From the NCBI GenBank assembly GCA_022710205.1, contig JAKLHJ010000004.1, positions 1 through 21,250 on the forward strand: 21,250 bases of DNA. The letters run 5' to 3'. This document shows, in pieces, positions 7,031-17,052 of the stretch. The notes under the pieces were generated by a model. The model ran no database searches and was not told the DNA's origin. It was given only the letters and a program-made list of their open reading frames with translations. The first letter of the stretch is position 1. Each line of letters starts with the position of its first letter. Source of the stretch: Patescibacteria group bacterium. Lineage in GTDB: Bacteria > Patescibacteriota > Minisyncoccia > Phycocordibacterales > UBA12445. Position numbers and translations under genes: made by a program.

Positions 7031-7077
7031 ACTGCGTAATTATAGCACCTGAAAAATAAAAAGATAACGCTATTTAT

Positions 7078-7109
7078 CCCCAAAAACAGCGTCCACAAGG
7101 CGCTGTTTT
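7078..7109 (-). terminator. Intrinsic terminator of gyrA (aaaacagcg-tccacaagg-cgctgtttt).
   Basis: 9-bp stem at 7083-7091/7101-7109. On the minus strand it is followed by TTTTTGGGG, and it sits 18 nt after the gyrA stop. Confidence 0.65.
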
Positions 7110-7126
7110 CAAAAAGATATCTTAGA

Positions 7127-9625
7127 CTATAAGCAAGTAAGAGACGCTATGCTATCATCTTCGCGGAGTCTCATTATTCTGACTCCTTGTGTCTGCCTAC
7201 CCAACACCGGCACTTCGCCGATATTGATTCTTATAACTTGTGCGTTCTTAGAAATGGCGATAAGTTCTTCTTCCGCTTCTGTAATAACCTTTCCTACCAT
7301 TATTTGTCCGGTCTTTGCCGTTACCTTAGCCGTCTTTATGCCCGAGCCGCCTCTCTTTTGTATCTTATATTCTTTTATATTGCTCATCTTTCCAAAACCA
7401 TTCTCGGACATTACAAGGAGCCTAGAGTCTTTATCGTCTTTCTTAATAACATCTGCACCGACTACGGAATCCTTTTTCTTGAGCTTGATGGCGCGCACAC
7501 CCGCCGCGGCACGGCCCATCTCTCTTGCGTCAGACTCCTTGAATCTGACAGACTGACCGTCTGTAGTGATAAGTATTATAGAATCTCCCGCCTCAACAAA
7601 TCTTGTGGCCATAAGTTGGTCGTCTTCCTGAAGCCTGATTGCGATAATTCCGCTTCTTCTGACGTCTTTGAAACTGTCAGCGGAAACCTTCTTCACGACA
7701 CCCATCTTGGTTATCATAAGTAGCGCCGTTTTCTGATTCTTGAGCTCTTTCGGCATAGCCAAAACCGAGGTAACTTTTTCGTCATCAGCCAAAGAAAGGA
7801 AGTTCATTATAGACTTGCCTCTTGTGGCGCGCTTACCCTCCGGAATATCATACATTTTTATCTGATATGCCTTACCCTTGTCGGTAAAGAACAGAAGATC
7901 GCTGTGGTTGGAGGCGGTAAGGAATATGGTAATAAAGTCCTCTTCCTTGGTATTTAAGTCCACGACACCGACACCGCCCCTCTTTTGGGCACGATATTCT
8001 CCCGGGTCTGTCCTCTTAACATAACCGCCGGACGTAAGAACCAAAACATTTTCGTCATCGGGAATAAGATCCTCGACATTTATGTCGGCGACACCCCTCT
8101 TCATTATTTTGGTCTTTCTTTCGTCACCGTATTTTTCTTTGATTGCCAAAAATTCGTTCTTTATGACCTGCAATATTTTTGCGGTGCTAGCAAGAAGAGC
8201 CTTGAGCTCCTTAATAAGAGCCTGTATTGACTTGAGTTCATCCTCGATCTTCTTTCTTTCGAGGCCGGCAAGCTTCTGAAGCTTCATATCCAAGATTGCG
8301 GCGGCTTGTATTTCCGAGAACTTAAATGTCTTCATCAGGTTCGCGGACGCATCAGCTGTATCTTTTGATTTCTTGATGATCTTTATGACTTCATCTATAT
8401 GGTCGAGCGCCTTACTGAGACCCAATAAAATATGCTCCCTTTCTTCGGCCTTCTTGAGATCAAATTGTGTTCGCCTTTTAACGACTATCTTTCTGTGCGC
8501 GATGAATTCTTCTAAAATATTCTTTATCGAAAGGGTTTTCGGCACGCCGTCCACAAGGGCTAGCATGTTATAGTTAAACGTTTGCTCTAAATCAGTGTAT
8601 TTGTATAAAGCGTTCAAAACCTGTTCCGGATAAGTCCCCGACTTCAGCTCGATAACGATTCTTATGTCTTCCGTGGACTCGTCTCGAATATCCCTAATTC
8701 CTTCGATCTTCTTTTCTTTCACAAGCTCGGCCATCTTAATTATCATTTCAGACTTGTTCACCTGATACGGAATGGAAGAAATTATAATTTGAGATGATCC
8801 TGATTTTGTTTCTATTATTTCCGCCTCACCGCGCACGACAACGCCTCCCTTGCCTGTGGCGGAGGCTCTTATGATGTCTTTCTCATTGAACGCAATTCCG
8901 CCGGTAGGGAAATCGGGTCCTTTGATAAATTTAAAAAGGTCTTCTGTCGTCGCTTCGCTGTTGTCCGCCAAATACACCAGGGCGTCCATTAGTTCCCCGA
9001 GATTATGAGGAGGGATCTTCGTGGCCATACCTACGGCAATACCCAGTGTCCCGTTTAGAAGAAGCGTCGGTATTGTGGAAGGAAAAACGCTAGGCTCTTT
9101 TCTTGTATTGTCAAAGTTCGGCACAAAATCTACCGTATCTTTCTCAAGGTCGTTCAATATCTCGGAAGTGATTTTGGCCATCTTGGCCTCTGTGTATCTA
9201 TAAGCCGCCGCGCTATCCCCGTCGATAGAACCGAAGTTACCCTGACCATATACGAGAGGGTATCTGGTTTTGAATTCCTGCGCCAAGTTCACCATCGCAT
9301 CGTAAACCGCAGAATCTCCATGCGGGTGATATTTACCAAGAACATCTCCGACGATCATCGCCGACTTTCTAAACTTAGCCGAAGCGGTAAGGCCCAAATC
9401 ATACATAGAATACAAAATTCTTCGGTGAACAGGCTTAAGACCGTCTCTTACGTCAGGCAACGCACGGGAAACAATAACAGACATGGCATAGTCCAAATAG
9501 GAAGTCTTCATCTCCGGCACGATGTCGGTCTTTAGTATTCTTGGCTCTACCTTTGCGGCATCCCCCGGGACATCACCATGATAGTGCGCTCCGGCATCTT
9601 TTTTATTATTCTTTGACTTGGCCAT
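7127..9625 (-). CDS. gyrA: DNA gyrase subunit A.
   Basis: 832 aa. The N-terminus is '[30 protein letters not shown]'. The active-site region is '[17 protein letters not shown]...[13 protein letters not shown]' (catalytic Tyr). A long C-terminal beta-pinwheel region is present. Confidence 0.9.
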   Translation of the reverse strand: MAKSKNNKKDAGAHYHGDVPGDAAKVEPRILKTDIVPEMKTSYLDYAMSVIVSRALPDVRDGLKPVHRRILYSMYDLGLTASAKFRKSAMIVGDVLGKYHPHGDSAVYDAMVNLAQEFKTRYPLVYGQGNFGSIDGDSAAAYRYTEAKMAKITSEILNDLEKDTVDFVPNFDNTRKEPSVFPSTIPTLLLNGTLGIAVGMATKIPPHNLGELMDALVYLADNSEATTEDLFKFIKGPDFPTGGIAFNEKDIIRASATGKGGVVVRGEAEIIETKSGSSQIIISSIPYQVNKSEMIIKMAELVKEKKIEGIRDIRDESTEDIRIVIELKSGTYPEQVLNALYKYTDLEQTFNYNMLALVDGVPKTLSIKNILEEFIAHRKIVVKRRTQFDLKKAEEREHILLGLSKALDHIDEVIKIIKKSKDTADASANLMKTFKFSEIQAAAILDMKLQKLAGLERKKIEDELKSIQALIKELKALLASTAKILQVIKNEFLAIKEKYGDERKTKIMKRGVADINVEDLIPDDENVLVLTSGGYVKRTDPGEYRAQKRGGVGVVDLNTKEEDFITIFLTASNHSDLLFFTDKGKAYQIKMYDIPEGKRATRGKSIMNFLSLADDEKVTSVLAMPKELKNQKTALLMITKMGVVKKVSADSFKDVRRSGIIAIRLQEDDQLMATRFVEAGDSIILITTDGQSVRFKESDAREMGRAAAGVRAIKLKKKDSVVGADVIKKDDKDSRLLVMSENGFGKMSNIKEYKIQKRGGSGIKTAKVTAKTGQIMVGKVITEAEEELIAISKNAQVIRINIGEVPVLGRQTQGVRIMRLREDDSIASLTCL

Positions 9626-9630
9626 GTTGT

Positions 9631-9879
9631 TTAATTTTTAATTAAATTTATTTTTTCGGAGAGAGCGTCTTTAATATATAAAATTTTATCCGAAAATATT
9701 TTAAATGGTGAAAGAGTTGAAACTACCGCGCCGCTGTCTGCTCCCGCCGGAAGAACCGAATTTAGATTGGCGACCCACAACGACACAACAATCAGCATCA
9801 GAAAGGTAACGGTGGCTATCGCAATCTTTTGTCTTTGCTGTTCAGGAAGGCTTCTTAATTTTTCGATTAGTCCGAACAT
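9631..9879 (-). CDS. Small membrane protein of unknown function, 5 nt upstream of gyrA and probably co-transcribed with it.
   Basis: 82 aa with a single hydrophobic helix '[21 protein letters not shown]'. Confidence 0.4.
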   Translation of the reverse strand: MFGLIEKLRSLPEQQRQKIAIATVTFLMLIVVSLWVANLNSVLPAGADSGAVVSTLSPFKIFSDKILYIKDALSEKINLIKN

Positions 9880-9891
9880 TAGATTAACTAA

Positions 9892-10521
9892 TTACGACGT
9901 TGGCGACAAAACCACCACATCTTCCTCCTTACTCTCAATGTCTTTTTTCTTTATTGTCAGTTTATCTACAGGCTTAAGATCTTCTGCTCCTTCTTCTTTC
10001 AAAAACTGCTTCAATGATGCGTTATCTTCGCCCTTATCTGTGCCATACATAGGAATGACGACGTGCGGCTGAAATGCCGTGGCTAGCTTGCCGGCGACCG
10101 AAGGTGTCGCCAAATCTCCTCCCGTAACGGGTGTGAACAAAATATCTATCGTCCCGAGCTTTTCCAAAACCTCGGGCTTTATGTCGGCAGAAGATATCGC
10201 CCCCAGATGACACAAATTAATATCATCGAAAAGAACCGAGTAAATAGTATTCATCTTCTTTTTCCCGCCAACCTCTTTTTCAACTAGCACCCCCTTTATA
10301 AAGATGCCCCCCACTTCATACTCTCCCGGTCCGTCTATTATAAAAACCTCGCCGGAACCTCCTTGAGAAAAATTCTGATCTTTTTCTTTTGTGCTAAACA
10401 ACGCGACACTAGAAGAAAATCGCGGGGTCTTGCCGTCGCTTCTAAGCGGCGGGTTAAATGAAACGGAAACATCCCCTATCTGAGCCTTTGTACACAACCC
10501 TCCATAATATGTAATTATCAT
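9892..10521 (-). CDS. MBL-fold (UPF0173-like) metallo-hydrolase family protein that appears to lack the canonical His ligands.
   Basis: 209 aa. The N-terminus 'MIITYYGGLCTKAQIGD' resembles the 'MKITYLGHSAFLIE' start of UPF0173-type beta-lactamase-fold hydrolases. The C-terminal 'VVIPMYGT' resembles 'PMHYGT'. No HxHxDH motif is visible. This is recalled family knowledge, not a search result. Confidence 0.4.
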   Translation of the reverse strand: MIITYYGGLCTKAQIGDVSVSFNPPLRSDGKTPRFSSSVALFSTKEKDQNFSQGGSGEVFIIDGPGEYEVGGIFIKGVLVEKEVGGKKKMNTIYSVLFDDINLCHLGAISSADIKPEVLEKLGTIDILFTPVTGGDLATPSVAGKLATAFQPHVVIPMYGTDKGEDNASLKQFLKEEGAEDLKPVDKLTIKKKDIESKEEDVVVLSPTS

Positions 10522-10827
10522 TTTTAGTTTTAGTGCTAGGTGGCCTTAAATTATTATAGACAACAGACATAAATATACCAAAAAATAGGCTCAAATTAAA
10601 GAATACCTATCCACAAAAAACACATAATCCGAGTTAAATCAAGGAGAGTGGCGCGCAATTCTCTATAGTGATAAAATTAAGCAGTAAAAATAACTTAGTC
10701 AAAATTTACCCACTTCACCCTCCTAAATTTATTCCATAAATTTTGGCGGGCAAGAAATTTTAAACAGAACATTAATTAACTATTAAAAATATATTAATTA
10801 TTTATCAATTTATCTTACCTTAACAAT

Positions 10828-11745
10828 ATGAATAGTGAAAAATTTAGGCGGGTGAGAAAGAACAAAGGCGCCTCACTGGTGATGATCTTGGTGCTTATAG
10901 CATTCATCGCTATTCCTTATTTTTATGGGAATAGAAACACCAAAGAGGCCACCACGACGGAAGAGACCCAAACGAGCTCGTCGTGGCTTACCGTCTATAA
11001 TCCGAGGGAAAATGCTGTTTCAGAAACAACCGACAATACAAATATTGAAAAACCCGCTCCGACAAAAACCGCCCCAATCGTAAAAGAGGTCGTCGTTGAT
11101 CCGAATCAGTCAAAATACGCCAAAAAGATTCAAATAAGCTCGGTTAGCGGTTCTAGCTCCTATGTAAAAAACGAATCTATGCGGATAAGCAATGTCGGTG
11201 ACGAATCAGTCCCAATATCAGGTTTTGTAATAGAAACTTACGAAAAAGAAACGTTCAAAATTCCCAAAGGATATGAACTCCCCGGAACGCTTAGTTCGGT
11301 TGAGGATAATATCGTCTTGAAATCGGGAGACTATCTGGACATATATGTGGGGTTGCAGGACAGAAAAATAAATTTTAGAGAGAACCTTTGCACCGGTTAC
11401 TTTGATCAATTCAGCGACTTTGGGAGCAGGCTGAACCACTCCTGCCCGAAAATAGACATTTCCGGAATGCTCGATTTCTCCGACAATTGCATAAAAATCT
11501 TAAATGACATACCAAAGTGTAAAATTTTTGACTCAAAAAACATTGTTGAAAATGATTGTAACGATTTTGCCAATGCGCATTATAACTATGTCGGGTGTGT
11601 AAAAGATTTTAGTTCTAAAACAAACTTCTATTCGAAGCGCTGGCTAGCATGGATGCAACGCGACACGGAATTTTTTAGAAATGATAGGGGGCTCATAACG
11701 CTAAGAGATACCGAGGGAAAAACCGTCGCCACATATTCATATTAA
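10828..11745 (+). CDS. Membrane-anchored protein with a lamin-tail-domain-like segment and a Cys-rich C-terminal domain.
   Basis: 305 aa with the N-terminal helix 'LVMILVLIAFIAIPYFY' followed by a Thr/Ser/Glu-rich linker. 'IQISSVSGSS...MRISNVGDESVPISGFVIE...FKIPKGYELPGTLSSVEDNIVLKSGDYLDIYVG' fits the lamin-tail-domain pattern. The C-terminal region has 8 Cys (CTGY, CPKID, DNCIK, PKCK, NDCND, VGCVKD). Confidence 0.5.
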   Translation: MNSEKFRRVRKNKGASLVMILVLIAFIAIPYFYGNRNTKEATTTEETQTSSSWLTVYNPRENAVSETTDNTNIEKPAPTKTAPIVKEVVVDPNQSKYAKKIQISSVSGSSSYVKNESMRISNVGDESVPISGFVIETYEKETFKIPKGYELPGTLSSVEDNIVLKSGDYLDIYVGLQDRKINFRENLCTGYFDQFSDFGSRLNHSCPKIDISGMLDFSDNCIKILNDIPKCKIFDSKNIVENDCNDFANAHYNYVGCVKDFSSKTNFYSKRWLAWMQRDTEFFRNDRGLITLRDTEGKTVATYSY

Positions 11746-11748
11746 AAG

Positions 11749-11777
11749 AAATAGCGGCCCTGATAAGGTCGCTATTT
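11749..11777. terminator. Bidirectional hairpin between convergent genes (aaatagcggcc-ctgataa-ggtcgctattt).
   Basis: 11-bp stem with one G-T pair. It overlaps the stop of the minus-strand gene. The A/T-run arms allow termination in both directions. Confidence 0.45.
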
Positions 11778-12269
11778 TAGTCTGTCTCTGCGCTTGTTCT
11801 CTTTAGTAATAAAATCCAAGAGCTGTTTGCGTTTTTCTTCATCGCTCATATGTTTAAGAACAATGCGGCGCTCTATCTCTCCGAGAGAAGTGTCTATTTC
11901 ATCAAGCTGAACAAAAAGGTCCATATCATCCCCGGTGTATCCGAGCGAAATTTTATTTAACACGGAAAACAATTCATCGTCGGCCAAAGAACCGAAAGAT
12001 TCGCCGACGGAATACGCGTCATACTGCAAAAAAATAATTCTATCTTCTATGCTCTTTTTGTATCTTACAAAACACTGAATGAGTTTTCTGGTTTTATGCA
12101 GAGCTAGCCTGCGAGACTCAGAACACCCCGGTTTTATAAGTTCCATATCAATAGAGATCATCATTGCGCGGGCATCCTCTTCGTATTTTCGCCGAAAAGG
12201 GTATCCCATAAAAATCCCTCCCTTCGAGATAAAATAATAAAAGAACTTATACTTAGGCCAAGGATACAA
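11772..12269 (-). CDS. Hypothetical protein. The true start may be the internal Met (MGYPF...).
   Basis: 165-aa ORF with coding-like composition and charged N- and C-termini ('SDEEKRKQLLDFITKENKRRDRLK'). I recognise no domain. Confidence 0.4.
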   Translation of the reverse strand: MYPWPKYKFFYYFISKGGIFMGYPFRRKYEEDARAMMISIDMELIKPGCSESRRLALHKTRKLIQCFVRYKKSIEDRIIFLQYDAYSVGESFGSLADDELFSVLNKISLGYTGDDMDLFVQLDEIDTSLGEIERRIVLKHMSDEEKRKQLLDFITKENKRRDRLK

Positions 12270-12289
12270 CTTAATAACCGGTGACGCAA

Positions 12290-12361
12290 CCCCGGTAGAA
12301 CCCTGTTAAATAGCACGGTGTGCTAATTTGCCCTACAAATTATTTAACAGGGCCTACGGGG
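12290..12361 (+). other. Cloverleaf-like nested inverted-repeat element upstream of corA (candidate structured RNA or operator).
   Basis: P1 is ccccggtag 12290-12298 / ctacgggg 12354-12361. P2 is a perfect 12-bp ccctgttaaata 12301-12312 / tatttaacaggg 12341-12352. Inside are hairpin a (tagcac-ggt-gtgcta, 12311-12325) and hairpin b (atttg-cccta-caaat, 12326-12340). Confidence 0.4.
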
Positions 12362-12425
12362 CAGGTGGCCTATCAAAAACCGGGCAAATCTACACATAAC
12401 AGAAATGGCGAAATGAAATGTTCAA

Positions 12426-12434
12426 TGTTATAAT
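12426..12434 (+). promoter_or_regulatory. Extended -10 promoter element TGTTATAAT, 17 nt upstream of the corA ATG.
   Basis: TGnTATAAT at 12426-12434 with no good -35, which is consistent with an extended -10 promoter. This implies a very short corA leader. Confidence 0.35.
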
Positions 12435-12451
12435 TAGATAAACATAAATTT

Positions 12452-13360
12452 ATGATATCAATAAAAAAGCACAACAGCTTAATCTGGGTTGATCTCGAAT
12501 CCCCCACCACAGAAGAACTAGAGAGCGTCGGGCAAGAATTTAACATCAACCAGCATACGCTAAGGGAGCTCAAGTATCCGAGCGACAAACCAAAAGTCGA
12601 TGTTTTTAATAATTTTCTTTATCTCATACTGCATTTTCCTAAATATGGGTATGGCAGTAAAAGGGACTCAATAGAGATAGATTTTGTTCTGGGAAAAGAT
12701 TTTTTAATCACGGCTCACTACACACCATCAGACCCGATAAACAGCTTCTCAAAAGCCTTCGAAACTAGCTCGACACTGAACAAATTCGACCTGGAAAGCG
12801 GCGGTCAAATATTTTTTTATCTTATTAAAGAAATTTACAAAAACACCGAGGAGGAACTTATCTACATAGAGGGCAAATTACAGGAAATAGAAGGGACAAT
12901 ATTCTCAGAAAATGGCGAAAAGATACTCGAAAATCTATCGCGCCTCAATAAGGAGTTGATAGACTTCAGAAGAATAATGAGAGGACACAAAGAGGTATTT
13001 GACTCCCTGGAAGTGTCTGCCGCGGAATTCTTCGGTCCACAATTCTCGCACTATTCAAACACGCTCATGGGGAATCGGGAAAGAGTGTGGAATATATTGG
13101 AGGGAAACAGAGAGACACTTCTCGACCTTAGGCAAACAAGCGACTCATTGTTCTCCGCAAGAACAAATAGCATTGTGAGAACGCTAACAATACTAACCTT
13201 TATAAGCATCCCAATCTCCCTTATTGCCAACATAATGGGGGTAAACGCCGAAAACATACCGATAGTCGGGCACAAATTTGACTTCTGGCTTATTTGGATT
13301 TTAATGTCTGCAATAGCGGCCGTCATGCTTATATTCTTTAGATTTAAGAAATGGCTATAA
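12452..13360 (+). CDS. corA: CorA-family Mg2+/Co2+ transporter.
   Basis: 302 aa with a cytoplasmic N-domain and two C-terminal helices ('LTILTFISIPISLIANIMGVNAENIP' and 'FWLIWILMSAIAAVMLIFF'). The GVN variant of the GMN signature lies at the end of the first helix. Confidence 0.8.
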   Translation: MISIKKHNSLIWVDLESPTTEELESVGQEFNINQHTLRELKYPSDKPKVDVFNNFLYLILHFPKYGYGSKRDSIEIDFVLGKDFLITAHYTPSDPINSFSKAFETSSTLNKFDLESGGQIFFYLIKEIYKNTEEELIYIEGKLQEIEGTIFSENGEKILENLSRLNKELIDFRRIMRGHKEVFDSLEVSAAEFFGPQFSHYSNTLMGNRERVWNILEGNRETLLDLRQTSDSLFSARTNSIVRTLTILTFISIPISLIANIMGVNAENIPIVGHKFDFWLIWILMSAIAAVMLIFFRFKKWL

Positions 13361-13361
13361 A

Positions 13362-14780
13362 ATGATTAAGCTTTATAATTCCTTAACTAGAAAAAAAGAG
13401 GTCTTTAATCCGATTGCAACCGGATCTGTAAAGATGTATGCATGTGGACCAACGGTATATGATAGAGCGCATATCGGCAATTTCCGAACATACATAATGG
13501 AGGATGTGTTGAGACGTATGCTTAAATACAACGGCCTCAATGTCCTATATGCCCAGAACATAACAGATGTCGGCCATCTTGTGGGAGACGGCGACGAGGG
13601 AGAAGACAAAATGGAAAAGGGCGCAAGAGCGGCCGGAAAAACAGCGTGGGAAATAGCAAAATTCTTTACAGAAGAATATTTCAAAGACTCTCGCCGTCTC
13701 AACATCGCTGATCCTAATGTTTCAGCTAGGGCTACCGACCATATAAAAGAGCAGATTGAAATGGTGAAAAAATTGGAGGAGCTCGGCTTTGCCTACAAGA
13801 CTAGTGACGGTATTTATTTTGATACAAGCAAATCGACAAATTATGGAGAAATCGCACGATTAGACAAAGAAGGGCTAAAAGAGGGCGCAAGGGTAGAAAA
13901 AAATCCGGAAAAAAGAAACGATACCGATTTCGCGTTATGGAAATTTTCACCAAAAGACAAAAAACGACAAATGGAGTGGGATTCCCCTTGGGGAGTCGGA
14001 TTCCCCGGCTGGCACATAGAGTGTTCCGCCATGAGCACAAAATATCTCGGCGAGCCTTTTGATATACACGCCGGAGCCATGGACCTCCTGCCGGTGCACC
14101 ACACCAACGAAATTGCTCAAAATGAGGCGGTTTTTGGCCACAAAACGGTAAATTATTGGATACATGGAGCATTCCTCCTCGTAAATGGCGGCAGAATGGG
14201 CAAGTCACTCGGAAACGCCTACACATTAAGCGACCTAGAACAAAGGGGCTTTGATCCTCTCGCCTTCAGATATTTCACATTTAACGCAGGGTATAGACAG
14301 CCTCTCAACTTCACATGGCAGGCGCTAGAGGGTTCGGCAAAAGCATACGAAAACCTTATACAAAAAATAAGTGATCTTATGCCGGATAATCCCGGAATAA
14401 ACACAAAAAATATAAACGAAGAATATGCCGTAAAATTTAAAAACTTAGTCAGCGATGATATGTCCATGCCGGAAGCCTTGTCTCTTGTATGGGAAATGAT
14501 GAAAGACAAAAACATACCAAACGATATCAAGCTAAATACCATCACAAAGTTCGACGAAGTATTGGGGCTTTCACTCACTGAAAAAGCCGAAGAACTAAAA
14601 AATAAAACATCTAATATACCGGAGCAGGTCAAAATTCTGATCTCAGAAAGAGAAACGGCCAGATTAAACAAAGAGTGGAAGAGGTCGGATGAAATAAGAG
14701 CCCAAATACTGAAGATGGGTTTTGAAATAAAAGATACGGGAGAAGGAACCAAAATAACCCCGGTAGGAAAGTTCGTATAA
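13362..14780 (+). CDS. cysS: Cysteinyl-tRNA synthetase.
   Basis: 472 aa with the HIGH motif 'YACGPTVYDRAHIGNFRTY', the zinc site 'WHIECSAM', and the KMSKS-type motif 'GRMGKSLGN'. The start is 1 nt after the corA stop. Confidence 0.9.
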   Translation: MIKLYNSLTRKKEVFNPIATGSVKMYACGPTVYDRAHIGNFRTYIMEDVLRRMLKYNGLNVLYAQNITDVGHLVGDGDEGEDKMEKGARAAGKTAWEIAKFFTEEYFKDSRRLNIADPNVSARATDHIKEQIEMVKKLEELGFAYKTSDGIYFDTSKSTNYGEIARLDKEGLKEGARVEKNPEKRNDTDFALWKFSPKDKKRQMEWDSPWGVGFPGWHIECSAMSTKYLGEPFDIHAGAMDLLPVHHTNEIAQNEAVFGHKTVNYWIHGAFLLVNGGRMGKSLGNAYTLSDLEQRGFDPLAFRYFTFNAGYRQPLNFTWQALEGSAKAYENLIQKISDLMPDNPGINTKNINEEYAVKFKNLVSDDMSMPEALSLVWEMMKDKNIPNDIKLNTITKFDEVLGLSLTEKAEELKNKTSNIPEQVKILISERETARLNKEWKRSDEIRAQILKMGFEIKDTGEGTKITPVGKFV

Positions 14781-14795
14781 CCTATTTCTAAAATA

Positions 14796-14820
14796 AAAGA
14801 TCCCCATAAGGGGATTTTTT
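14796..14820. terminator. Bidirectional intrinsic terminator (gatcccc-ataa-ggggat plus T-run) between the convergent cysS and PLD-family genes.
   Basis: The stem is 14800-14805/14810-14815 with TTTTTT at 14815-14820. An A-run upstream gives a U-run on the other strand. Confidence 0.65.
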
Positions 14821-15877
14821 AACCTATTATCTGGGCTATGAAAGAAAATATTATTTCCAGCGGGCGGTAATACCATTTGTGATTGTGCTTGCCGTTCTCA
14901 AAAAGAACCGAGTCCTTTTTCCATCCGTCCACGATTCTTCTAAGGTCGTTTACCATCTCTTCTTTTTCAAAAGACAAACTCGCTTCTATATTAAAATCAA
15001 AACTCTGGGAATCTATATTATTGGAACCGAGAAGGCCCACCCGGTTATCAACGACAAGGGCCTTGGCGTGATTCATATGATTCATTAGATAGAATTTAAT
15101 TCCATACTGCGAAAGGTGGGACGCAAAAATATTATTAGATATTCTAGCCACTCGAAGATCCCCCGATCTGGGAATAAGAACTTCCACCTCCACCCCTCTT
15201 TCTACGGTCTTTTTTAGCAAATCTGTGAGCCACTTTTTCGGAGCAAAATATGGGGTAACTATCGTGACCCTCTCTGTGGCCAAAGAAATTTTTTCGGTAT
15301 AGTATCTTTTCAGCAAAAACTTACCCGCATTAGGGAAATGGTCCAAGAGCCATATTTCAGCTTTCATTGTCTTCCATCCTCTTTTCAAAGACACGAGTCT
15401 CCCGTCTCTCCCCCCTCCATAATAGTAACTATTAGCGAAAGAACGAACGATGCTTTTAACAATCTTCTTGCCGGAAATTTTTATATGTAAATCCTGCCAC
15501 TTTTTGAAACTGTGTGCGATATTAACTCCGCCCAGAAAAGCGACTTCTTCGTCTATTATGAGTATTTTTTTGTGAATCCTGTGGAACCAATCGTTCCAAA
15601 ATAAAACTTCTACTCCATGGCGCTTCAGCTCGCTAAGAAGCTCTTCATTCATACTGAACCAGAGGCTACCAAAACCGTCCAAAACAATCACCACGTGAAC
15701 GCCTACAGACGCCTTGTCGCGCAAAAGCTTAAAAAAATTTAGATAATGGCTTGTGTCGTTGCTAAAAATATAACTTTCCCAATAGATAGATTCGGTTGCA
15801 CCCTTAATAGCCTCAAACATGGCAAGCCAAGTGTCTTCGCTATTATTGAAAAATTTATATTTCATTATTTCCGCCAA
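14819..15877 (-). CDS. Phospholipase D-family protein (cardiolipin-synthase-like, two HKD motifs).
   Basis: 352 aa. HKD motif 1 is 'HKKILIIDEEVAFLGGVNI'. HKD motif 2 is 'HAKALVVDNRVGLLGSNNID'. It begins 3 nt after the dnaJ stop. Confidence 0.75.
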   Translation of the reverse strand: MAEIMKYKFFNNSEDTWLAMFEAIKGATESIYWESYIFSNDTSHYLNFFKLLRDKASVGVHVVIVLDGFGSLWFSMNEELLSELKRHGVEVLFWNDWFHRIHKKILIIDEEVAFLGGVNIAHSFKKWQDLHIKISGKKIVKSIVRSFANSYYYGGGRDGRLVSLKRGWKTMKAEIWLLDHFPNAGKFLLKRYYTEKISLATERVTIVTPYFAPKKWLTDLLKKTVERGVEVEVLIPRSGDLRVARISNNIFASHLSQYGIKFYLMNHMNHAKALVVDNRVGLLGSNNIDSQSFDFNIEASLSFEKEEMVNDLRRIVDGWKKDSVLFENGKHNHKWYYRPLEIIFSFIAQIIG

Positions 15878-15880
15878 AAA

Positions 15881-16972
15881 CTACAAACCCGCCTCCTTAA
15901 GCTTACCGACAAGCTCCTCTTCTTTTCCGGAAAGCTTCTTCGGCATTTTGATGCTTATATGGATAAGTATATCACCTCTTCCGCCCCTTTCGTTAGGAAC
16001 TCCCTTGCCCTTTATCCTGAGTATTTCTCCAAAAGCAAAACCGGCGGGTATTTTTATGTCCGTTTCTCCTTCTAGCGTCTTCAGTTTGTGTGTGGCGCCG
16101 AGCAACGCATCTGTAAGCCTAATCTCCATATTTGTGATCAAATTCTCCCCCTCTCTCCTCCAGACCGGATGTTTTTCTACGTGAATTTTTACATAAAGAT
16201 CGCCGGGAATACCGTGCGGCACCGCCTCACCTCTCCCCGAGAATCTTATCATTTGACCGTCCTCAATTCCCACAGGAACCTTGACCGTAATTTCTTCTGT
16301 CTTCTTCAAAACCCCCTCGCCCTTACATAGGGGACAATTCTCCTTTGGGGTGCTACCGGCGCCAAAACACTTATCACAAACCCTCTCTGTCGCAAAGGTG
16401 CCCAGAAAAGATCTTTTGTTCTCTATTATTCTGCCGGCGCCGTTACAAGTCTTGCACCTCACCATCTCGCTACCCTTTTTTGCTCCGGAACCGCCGCAAG
16501 TATCGCAATTGCCGACCTTGCTTATGTTCAATTTTCTTTCAATCCCAAAAATAGAATCGTGGAAAGAAATGAGAATATCGGCAGAGATATCTCTGCCCCT
16601 TCTGGATTTTCCGCGAGTAGAGCGTCCGCCTCCAAAAAATGTGCTGAACAGATCTTCCACATTGGAAGCATCAAATTCAACGCCGGCTCCGCCGTTTCGG
16701 AAAATATCACCAAAATCAAAACCGGCCCCTCCAAATCCGGAGAATCCGCCGGCTCCTGCGCCGCCCTGAAAACCCTTGCCATACATATCATATTGGCTTC
16801 GTTTTTCATCATCAGACAGGGTTTGGTAAGCCTCATTTATCTCTTTAAATTTTTTTTCGTCGCCTCCTTTTTTGTCCGGATGGTATTTATGAGCAAGCTT
16901 ATGGAACGCCTTTTTAATATCCTCCTTGGAGGCATTCTTTTCTACGCCTAAAATTTTATAGTAATCACTCAA
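15881..16972 (-). CDS. dnaJ: Chaperone DnaJ.
   Basis: J-domain 'DYYKILGV...HKYHPDKK', a G/F-rich linker, and four CxxCxGxG zinc-finger repeats ([32 protein letters not shown]). Confidence 0.9.
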   Translation of the reverse strand: MSDYYKILGVEKNASKEDIKKAFHKLAHKYHPDKKGGDEKKFKEINEAYQTLSDDEKRSQYDMYGKGFQGGAGAGGFSGFGGAGFDFGDIFRNGGAGVEFDASNVEDLFSTFFGGGRSTRGKSRRGRDISADILISFHDSIFGIERKLNISKVGNCDTCGGSGAKKGSEMVRCKTCNGAGRIIENKRSFLGTFATERVCDKCFGAGSTPKENCPLCKGEGVLKKTEEITVKVPVGIEDGQMIRFSGRGEAVPHGIPGDLYVKIHVEKHPVWRREGENLITNMEIRLTDALLGATHKLKTLEGETDIKIPAGFAFGEILRIKGKGVPNERGGRGDILIHISIKMPKKLSGKEEELVGKLKEAGL

Positions 16973-16988
16973 ATTAATTAGAAATTTA

Positions 16989-17050
16989 CAATTACGAATT
17001 ACAAATTATTTTAAAATAAATTCGTAATTATTAATTCGTAATTGATAATT
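16989..17050. repeat. AATTACGAATT motif cluster in the dnaK-dnaJ spacer: one copy on the plus strand and two on the minus strand.
   Basis: aattacgaatt lies at 16990-17000. Its reverse complement aattcgtaatt lies at 17019-17029 and 17033-43. The reverse complement of 17008-17050 closely matches the 18926-18960 element upstream of dnaK. Confidence 0.55.
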
Positions 17051-17052
17051 AT

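Noticed and set aside
7149-9535. Multiple plus-strand ORFs antisense to gyrA (7149-7556, 7187-7723, 7985-8230, 9021-9203, 9320-9535 and others).
   Set aside because: They are entirely contained within a high-confidence gyrA coding sequence and have hydrophobic or low-complexity translations typical of antisense frames.
12270-12451. M-box (ykoK) Mg2+ riboswitch upstream of corA.
   Set aside because: The element is too short (~72 nt against ~160 nt), there is no recognisable M-box consensus, and the best promoter candidate lies downstream of it, so it is probably not in the leader.
13801-14752. Minus-strand ORFs antisense to cysS (13801-14226, 14219-14752 and others), and plus-strand ORFs antisense to dnaJ and dnaK (16281-16769, 17984-18346 and others).
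   Set aside because: They overlap strongly supported aminoacyl-tRNA synthetase and chaperone genes, and no independent signals are present.
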